A DNA stretch of 32,000 bases. Origin: Nitrosopumilus sp. GTDB lineage: Archaea > Thermoproteota > Nitrososphaeria > Nitrososphaerales > Nitrosopumilaceae. Shown one piece after another: positions 26,548-32,000 of this stretch (position 1 is the first letter of the stretch; the number at the start of each line of letters is the position of its first letter). A model generated the notes under the pieces. It was given only the letters and a program-made list of their open reading frames with translations. It searched no databases and had not been told where the DNA came from. Made by a program: the position numbers and the translations under genes. The stretch spans positions 3,554 through 35,553 of the forward strand of contig JAOTTW010000003.1 of assembly GCA_029864235.1 (NCBI GenBank), given 5' to 3'.

Positions 26548-27042
26548 AATTCAATGGTTTGAGATACTGCTTAAAAAATTAACTACGTTACAAATGATTC
26601 TATAGTGACATTAACTCAGTCTTTAAGTACCTTAGCTAAGTAAAAACTCAAAATAGAGTCAACAATTCAAGATAAAATTGAAGTATATCTTGAAAGGAAG
26701 TTCCGATTATCACAAAGATATTCTACAAGGAAATCATAGAGTTGTAATTTGCAGTTTTGTTGACTATGTACAAATAGACAGATATATTTTAGCCAAATTA
26801 TTTGAGCAATTTTGGATAAAAGAAGTAAAAGGGTGTTTTTGGTATTACTGAGTTATTTGTCTAAATTACATATCAAAAGCTTGTAGGTGAATTACCAAAT
26901 GATGTTGTAAATAATTCGGGTGAGATATTAGAAAAACTTAGACATTTGCAAAATTATTGACAGATTATTCGGATAAACCATTAATAAGACAATCAGAAAA
27001 ATAATTTCCAAATATAAATATAAAAAATAAAAATGATATTCG

Positions 27043-27396
27043 TTATTTTAGACTCAATTTCCTAGCTTTGCTGATGATTTTGGAATGATCAGTTCTTGCA
27101 CTGGTAGTTAGATAGAGCAGGTGCTTATCATCTAGTGGTATTACTATGCGTTTTATCTTGTCATATTCAGCAAGTGCATACTTTCCTTTTCCTATCTTTC
27201 CTGAGAGTTTATTTCGTGCTTTCCAAGTATTTGCAGATGTTTTCAGTGATTGAAGGCTCTCTTTTGTTGTTAAAAGATTTTTTACTCCTTTTCTATGGCC
27301 ACTGGATTTTATTTTTCCATTCAGGTCAGTGATGGTTGCATAACGAATTGCAGGGCTAATTTTCATAGCTTGTTCCTGTAAACTTTGATAGTCCAT
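27043..27396 (-). CDS. Small hypothetical protein (possibly Roadblock/LC7-like fold; weak)
   Basis: 117 aa. It is the only substantial ORF in a 1.4-kb low-density patch. The alternating beta/alpha pattern (ATITDLNG..., KRIVIPLDDKHLLYLTT) is suggestive only. Confidence 0.45.
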   Translation of the reverse strand: MDYQSLQEQAMKISPAIRYATITDLNGKIKSSGHRKGVKNLLTTKESLQSLKTSANTWKARNKLSGKIGKGKYALAEYDKIKRIVIPLDDKHLLYLTTSARTDHSKIISKARKLSLK

Positions 27397-27536
27397 GTAA
27401 TGATAAAGTGCTTACTAGATGTTAAGTATTTAAAAAAATAGATTTTTTATAATTCTAAAATAACATTCATTGGTTTAAGACTAAGATTCAGAAATAGATA
27501 ATTCTTAATTTTGATCTATGGTTTTAAAAAAATTGA

Positions 27537-27544
27537 GTATATAA
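27537..27544 (+). promoter_or_regulatory. Putative TATA box (gtatataa) preceded by an A-rich BRE-like tract
   Basis: It is centred about 27 nt upstream of ATG 27569, which would make that ATG the 5' end of a leaderless transcript. Confidence 0.4.
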
Positions 27545-27568
27545 TTATGATAAAGATAATAGTATACT

Positions 27569-27871
27569 ATGACAGATTCAAAAAAAGAAACTAAATATTT
27601 ATGGAATTTATATATCCAGTCACTTTAAACATGGAAAAAAGCCCATGAGGTATGGGCAAATACTTGGAGCGAAATTGGAGAAAATCCATATAGATGGTAT
27701 CTGGAGGCTTGGCAAAATATTTGGGAAGAATTTTCAATTGATTCCTTTGATACATTTAATGATTATTGGAAAAAAATACTAATTGAATATTTAGAAGGTA
27801 CCTCTAATGTACATTATGAGACTAGGGAAAAAGTAGCAGAGGATTGGATCAAAACTTGGTTGAAAAGGTAA
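27569..27871 (+). CDS. Trp-rich small ORF (100 codons) interrupted by one in-frame TAA at 27626-27628; status uncertain (pseudogene, sequencing error, frameshift or readthrough)
   Basis: I translated it codon by codon: MTDSKKETKYLWNLYIQSL*TWKKAHEVWANTWSEIGENPYRWYLEAWQNIWEEFSIDSFDTFNDYWKKILIEYLEGTSNVHYETREKVAEDWIKTWLKR*. The 80 codons after the TAA are open but contain no in-frame ATG or GTG, and the only in-frame TTG is 3 codons from the end. That explains its absence from the ORF track. Confidence 0.45.
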
Positions 27872-27920
27872 TTAAAGTTATTAAAAAAATGAGTTTAATG
27901 AAATTTGAAAATTTAAATAT

Positions 27921-29354
27921 CTACATTAAAGAAACATCATGAGGCTGACTTTCAGCAAATCCTGCTCTTGACATTTTAATAAATTCCGCATTTTGTTGCA
28001 TCTGTGGTATAGTATGTGCACCACAATAGCTAAGACCTGAGCGTACACCTCCTGTTAGTTGTTTGAGAATATCAGTTACGGTTCCCTTGTACGGAACCAT
28101 AGCCTCAACTCCCTCTGCAACATAGTCATTAAGATCATCGTCTAGTGAAACCAAGCCTGTTTCTTTTGACTTTCTGCCTATAGAAGCTGCAAGAGACGCC
28201 ATGCCACGATAAACTTTGAATCTTTTTCCATTCTTAGTCAATACAGTTCCAGGAGATTCATCAGTTCCACCAAGCATACTTCCAATCATTACAGATGAAG
28301 CACCAGCAGCTAAAGCCTTTGTTGCATCACCAGAAGTTCTTGTTCCTCCATCAGATATTATTGGTATACCATGATCTTTTCCAATTCTAGCACAATCTAT
28401 TACTGCTGTTAATTGTGGAACACCAGAACCAGTGATTACCCTTGTAATACAGATTGATCCTGAGCCAACACCCACTTTTACAGCATCTACACCAGCTTTG
28501 ATTAAATCTTCAGTTCCCTGTGCGGTTGCAATATTTCCAGCAATAAGTTCACAGTTAGGAAATGCTTTTTTGATATTACGAACTGTACTAATTGCATTTT
28601 CGCTGTGTCCATGAGCAATATCTACAACTAGTACATCAACTCCTGCATCTAAAAGGGATTCAGTTCTTTCCAGAAAGTCCCCCTTAACACCAACTGCTGC
28701 GCCAACAAGTGGTCTACCTTTTTTGTCTTTTGACGCAGATGGATAGTCTTCAATATTTGTAATATCCTTACTTGTAATTAGACCTCTTACAAAACCAGAT
28801 TCATCAACGATAGGTAATTTTTCAATTTTATGTTCGTGTAAAATGGATTTAGCATCATCAAGGCTAACACCGGGTTTTGCAGTGACGACATCTTTAGTCA
28901 TAATATCTTTTAGGAGAAGTTTTGAATTAGTCTCAAACAACAGATCTCTATCAGTTACAATTCCAACTAATTTGGAGTCTGAATCAACAACTAAAAGACC
29001 TGATACCTCTTTGTTTTCTGCATAATCTATTGCATCTTGAACTGTTTTTTCTTGATGAATTGAATAAGGATTTTCAATCATGACACTGCCAGATCTCTTA
29101 ACCTTGAGAACCTCATTGGCCTGCTCTTGAATAGTTAAGAATCTGTGAATAATTCCTATACCTCCAGCGCGAGCCATAGTAACAGCCATAGTTGATTCAG
29201 TTACTGTATCCATGTTAGCACTTACAAAGGGAATGTTGATGAAAGTATTGCGTGACAATTGTGTTTTCAGATCGGTTTGTGATCTACTCGTAATATCAGA
29301 ATATTTGGGTACCAAGAGAACATCATCAAAAGTTAATCCCTCTTTGAATTCCAA
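27921..29354 (-). CDS. guaB: Inosine-5'-monophosphate dehydrogenase with CBS pair
   Basis: 477 aa. It has GGIGIIHR, the catalytic-Cys loop GSGSICITR and GGTRTSGD. Tandem CBS domains lie at residues ~95-205. Confidence 0.95.
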   Translation of the reverse strand: MEFKEGLTFDDVLLVPKYSDITSRSQTDLKTQLSRNTFINIPFVSANMDTVTESTMAVTMARAGGIGIIHRFLTIQEQANEVLKVKRSGSVMIENPYSIHQEKTVQDAIDYAENKEVSGLLVVDSDSKLVGIVTDRDLLFETNSKLLLKDIMTKDVVTAKPGVSLDDAKSILHEHKIEKLPIVDESGFVRGLITSKDITNIEDYPSASKDKKGRPLVGAAVGVKGDFLERTESLLDAGVDVLVVDIAHGHSENAISTVRNIKKAFPNCELIAGNIATAQGTEDLIKAGVDAVKVGVGSGSICITRVITGSGVPQLTAVIDCARIGKDHGIPIISDGGTRTSGDATKALAAGASSVMIGSMLGGTDESPGTVLTKNGKRFKVYRGMASLAASIGRKSKETGLVSLDDDLNDYVAEGVEAMVPYKGTVTDILKQLTGGVRSGLSYCGAHTIPQMQQNAEFIKMSRAGFAESQPHDVSLM

Positions 29355-29384
29355 TGAAACCTTGTAAACATGATCAAATATGGA

Positions 29385-30251
29385 TTATAAGCCTTTGTGT
29401 GATCTTGATAGTTTGGATGCAATCTTTACAGCATCTTTTGTTTGAGAAACATTGTGAGTTCGAATAATATCTGCACCATTAATAACAGATACAACTTCAG
29501 CTGCAATAGAACCGAATAATCGATCAGATGGATTTTCTTTTCCTAAGAGTTTTCCAATAAATGACTTGTTTGATACTGAGATCAGAATGGGATGATGTTG
29601 TTTTACAGATTTTAGATTTTGAATAAGGAGAAGATCTCTTTCAAGCCAGTCGGATTGGATCTTTGTAAAAAAAGAACCTTTCCCGGATTTTCTAAAAAAG
29701 CCAATTGCAGGATCTAAAACTATTCTAGTGAATGGAATTTTTGCTTTTTTTGCTAGTGTTAAACTCTCTTGAAATAGTTTTTTTGTCACAGTAATATGAT
29801 TACCAGTAACTGTTTTTGAACTAAACGCACACAGAATTAATGATGGATTGTAATTTTTGATGACATCAATCATTTTAGGGTCATATTTTAATCCTGAAAT
29901 ATCATTAATTATTTCAACTCCATTTTCTAGTACTATTTTTGCTACACTAGCTCTGCATGTATCAACAGATATAGGAAGATTTGAAGCATTTTGTATAATT
30001 TTAACTGCATCAAGTACTCGTTTTGTTTCTATTTTTTCAGAAACTGTAGTTGACAAATAAGGAGCAGTTGACATGCCTCCAACATCTATAAAATCAGCAC
30101 CGTCAGTTTCCATTTCTTTTATTGTGTTAGAAATATGAAGTTTAGATATTTTAATAGATTTTCTAAAAAATGATTCGCAACTAGTGTTTAATATTCCCAT
30201 GATTCGAACTTTGTTCCTGCCGCCTACTGATACATTTCCAAGTTTATTCAT
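29385..30251 (-). CDS. folP: Dihydropteroate synthase (pterin-binding domain)
   Basis: The ORF track gives 29385..30275. The start at M9 (MNKLGNVSVGGRNKVRIMGILN) is preferred because it removes the overlap with the divergent gene. Motifs are IMGILNTSCESF, GADFIDVGGMSTAPY and DPAIGF. Confidence 0.8.
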   Translation of the reverse strand: MNKLGNVSVGGRNKVRIMGILNTSCESFFRKSIKISKLHISNTIKEMETDGADFIDVGGMSTAPYLSTTVSEKIETKRVLDAVKIIQNASNLPISVDTCRASVAKIVLENGVEIINDISGLKYDPKMIDVIKNYNPSLILCAFSSKTVTGNHITVTKKLFQESLTLAKKAKIPFTRIVLDPAIGFFRKSGKGSFFTKIQSDWLERDLLLIQNLKSVKQHHPILISVSNKSFIGKLLGKENPSDRLFGSIAAEVVSVINGADIIRTHNVSQTKDAVKIASKLSRSHKGL

Positions 30252-30285
30252 AGGGTTTATGAAAAACCATACCAATTTGAGTCAT

Positions 30286-31023
30286 ATGATAATTTCAGAT
30301 TGGAATTCAAGATATGTGGAGATATTAAAGGAGTTTAGATATGATAAAAAGCAAGATCTAGCATCAGCAGTGATTCTGGATTCCATTTTAAAAAAATCAA
30401 ATACTTTACAAAAAATAAGAGAAATAATCAATTCAAGAACAGTTTTTGTCATAGGTTCTGGACCATCATTGTCACTTGCAATTCCATTTTTAAAAAAATT
30501 CAGAAAAACTGTAAAAATAGTAGCTGATAGTGCAGTAAAACCATTGATTGAAAACGGTATAAAGCCAGATGTTATTGTAACTGATTTAGATGGAGATGAG
30601 AAATCGCTAATAAAAATTGGGAAGACAAATGCAATTTTTGTAGTTCATGCACATGCAGACAACATAATCAAATTACAACTTGTAGAGAATTTTAAAAATT
30701 GTATCGGTACTACACAAACAAAGTCATTTGGAAAAATCCAGAATTTTGGAGGATTTACAGATGGCGATAGAGCAGTATTTCTTGCAAATCATTTTAATGC
30801 AAAAAAAATTATTTTGTTTGGGATGGATTTTGGAAATAAAATAGGCAGATACTCTAACACAAAGATTTCAGATAGAAAAATTAAATTGAAAAAACTTAAA
30901 AAAGGAGAATCTCTTCTTGAATGGCTTTCGAAAAAATCAAGATCTGAATTATTTACTACGTCAAAATCAATAATAGGATTTAAGAAAATAGATTTTCAAG
31001 ATTTAGATATTATAATTACCTAG
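30286..31023 (+). CDS. mptE: 6-hydroxymethyl-7,8-dihydropterin pyrophosphokinase, archaeal MptE type (DUF115 family)
   Basis: The ORF track starts at 30184, antisense to folP. I prefer ATG 30286 (MIISDWNSRYVEIL). Motifs are VFVIGSGPSL, VTDLDGD and VHAHADN. It lies beside folP. Confidence 0.7.
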   Translation: MIISDWNSRYVEILKEFRYDKKQDLASAVILDSILKKSNTLQKIREIINSRTVFVIGSGPSLSLAIPFLKKFRKTVKIVADSAVKPLIENGIKPDVIVTDLDGDEKSLIKIGKTNAIFVVHAHADNIIKLQLVENFKNCIGTTQTKSFGKIQNFGGFTDGDRAVFLANHFNAKKIILFGMDFGNKIGRYSNTKISDRKIKLKKLKKGESLLEWLSKKSRSELFTTSKSIIGFKKIDFQDLDIIIT

Positions 31024-31059
31024 AATGCATTTAATACTCATAGTCACATCAAAGAAATT

Positions 31060-31632
31060 ATGAAATTCTCAGAGGAGCAAATTAAAGATGTGATTGCCTT
31101 TAAAGATAATTTAATTGACCAAATTAGCAAGCATCAAGAGGCAATAGAAATGCTTGAGAAAAATTTGACAATTTTAGATTTATTTCTTAAAGAATCTAGT
31201 TTTACAAAGGCTTCAACTTTAACAAGAAAAACATTAATCAGAGAAGATCCATCTACAATTAAAAATAAACCTGTAGAAAATTTGATTCCAATTAAAAGAG
31301 GAATCAATGGAGAAGTTATTGCAAATGCGTATGTTACGCCTGATCAGGTTTCGATAATTCTTGATGACAATATGGAGATTAATGCAGAGACTCCTCCCTT
31401 CAAATCATTTTTTATTGATAGAATAATTGGAGAGATGAAACGTAAGGATTCATCAGATGCAGATAATGGAAAAATCCAGAAAGAGTCAATTATTGATTAC
31501 ATTATTAACAAGAATGGTTCTGACATAAGAGAAATAATTATCAAAAATTATAGAGAAAAAGAAAGAGTAAACGAGATTATAAGTACTGCAGGATGGTCAT
31601 TAACCCGCATGCTTGAAAACATCAAAAAGTGA
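31060..31632 (+). CDS. Hypothetical protein (N-terminal coiled-coil-like segment)
   Basis: 190 aa. It is a clean ORF in a tight array, with no motif I recognise. Confidence 0.5.
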   Translation: MKFSEEQIKDVIAFKDNLIDQISKHQEAIEMLEKNLTILDLFLKESSFTKASTLTRKTLIREDPSTIKNKPVENLIPIKRGINGEVIANAYVTPDQVSIILDDNMEINAETPPFKSFFIDRIIGEMKRKDSSDADNGKIQKESIIDYIINKNGSDIREIIIKNYREKERVNEIISTAGWSLTRMLENIKK

Positions 31633-31636
31633 TTGT

Positions 31637-32000
31637 ATGGATAAGATAGTAGTTTTAGATTTTGGATCACAGTATAGCCACTTAATATGTAGAAGAATTA
31701 GGGAGTTTTCAGTTTATGCGGAACTTGTTCCTTATGACATAAGTTATGAAGAATTACTAAAGTATAACCCTAAAGGAATCATCTTTTCAGGAGGACCATC
31801 AAGTGTGTATAGTGAAGATGCACCATTTCCAGATAGTAAAATTTTTGAAATGAATTTACCGTTGCTTGGAATTTGTTATGGTCATCAATTAATCGTAAAT
31901 AAATTTGGAGGGAAAGTTAAGAGGGCAAACAAAGAGTATGGTTCATCTCTTCTTACAATCGATAATGATAGAGATCTACTCAGTGGAATTGTAGGGTCAA
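31637..32000 (+). CDS. guaA: GMP synthase (glutamine-hydrolysing), N-terminal GATase domain; 3' end outside the window
   Basis: My translation from ATG 31637 gives MDKIVVLDFGSQYSHLICRRIREFSVYAELVPYD...GGPSSVY...LLGICYGHQL, the classic GuaA N-terminus. It is not in the ORF track because it is open at the window edge. Confidence 0.9.
   Translation, partial: MDKIVVLDFGSQYSHLICRRIREFSVYAELVPYDISYEELLKYNPKGIIFSGGPSSVYSEDAPFPDSKIFEMNLPLLGICYGHQLIVNKFGGKVKRANKEYGSSLLTIDNDRDLLSGIVGS

Noticed and set aside
26930-27080. Possible C/D-box sRNA (C-box-like ATGATGT at about 26939-26945 and CTGATGA at about 27070)
   Set aside because: I found no properly spaced D box (CTGA) with terminal complementary stems for either candidate. 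Such heptamers are expected by chance in AT-rich DNA.
1923-29857. About 35 short ORFs (60-148 aa) in the track that overlap larger genes. Examples are 1923..2129, 5744..5941, 6254..6517, 7360..7806, 7937..8182, 8639..8833, 8845..9138, 11119..11319, 11439..11696, 11810..12058, 12322..12531, 12635..12853, 13886..14092, 15981..16190, 18441..18629, 18694..18924, 18752..19108, 19060..19284, 19226..19444, 20126..20371, 22370..22552, 23657..23959, 24233..24493, 25090..25389, 25254..25484, 25504..25698, 27135..27332, 28432..28614, 28843..29025 and 29857..30060
   Set aside because: Each is nested in or antisense to a gene with clear family motifs (his genes, hmgA, E1, ThrC, guaB and so on). Each has a compositionally biased translation (S/F/L/I-rich) with no motif. 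They are best explained as frame shadows.
30184-30285. The long form of the mptE ORF (start 30184) and the long form of folP (start 30275), which overlap each other antisense
   Set aside because: The overlapping parts translate to hydrophobic, non-conserved-looking peptides (MFNIPMIRTLFLPPTDTF..., MVWFFINP). Internal ATGs reproduce the expected family N-termini. Start choice remains unverified.
1-32000. CRISPR arrays, transposases/IS elements, toxin-antitoxin pairs and known defence systems
   Set aside because: I saw no regularly spaced repeat array. No ORF has transposase, integrase, nuclease-helicase or Cas-like motifs. All large ORFs are accounted for by metabolic, translation or envelope functions.

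Overview
The window is visibly AT-rich and tightly packed, about one-third G+C by eye (not computed). It carries archaea-specific markers: TiaS, Dph2, exosome Csl4, MptE-type pterin kinase, an A1:U72 initiator tRNA, and TATA boxes about 25 nt upstream of start codons. The content and style fit a marine ammonia-oxidising thaumarchaeon of the Nitrosopumilus type, though that assignment is recognition, not a search result. Layout from left to right follows. (1) 1-7230 is a cell-surface glycan cluster. It holds a Wzm/Wzt-type ABC exporter whose ATPase is fused to a sulfotransferase, a second tandem sulfotransferase, PGI/PMI, a GT4 glycosyltransferase and a polytopic GT-C-like membrane protein. (2) 7257-9836 is a translationally abutted pair: a MoaD/ThiS-like ubiquitin-fold domain fused to a ThiF/MoeB E1, next to a threonine-synthase-family PLP enzyme. 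(3) 10606-17970 is a nine-gene his operon, hisG-D-C-(HAD)-B-H-A-F-I, with ATGA overlaps, an embedded HAD phosphatase and no hisE. (4) HMG-CoA reductase, a secreted beta-propeller dehydrogenase, and an initiator tRNA-Met with a 15-nt D-loop insertion. (5) TiaS, Dph2, a TPR protein, an MDR enoyl-reductase-like protein, Csl4 and PheA. (6) 26548-27920 is a low-coding-density patch with a small gene and a Trp-rich ORF broken by one in-frame TAA. (7) guaB, folP, mptE, a hypothetical gene and the 5' end of guaA. I saw no CRISPR array, transposase, integrase or recognisable defence system. The most interesting candidates are the exporter-sulfotransferase fusion, the Ubl-E1/ThrC-like sulfur-carrier module, the his-embedded HAD phosphatase, the intron-bearing tRNAi, and the interrupted Trp-rich ORF.
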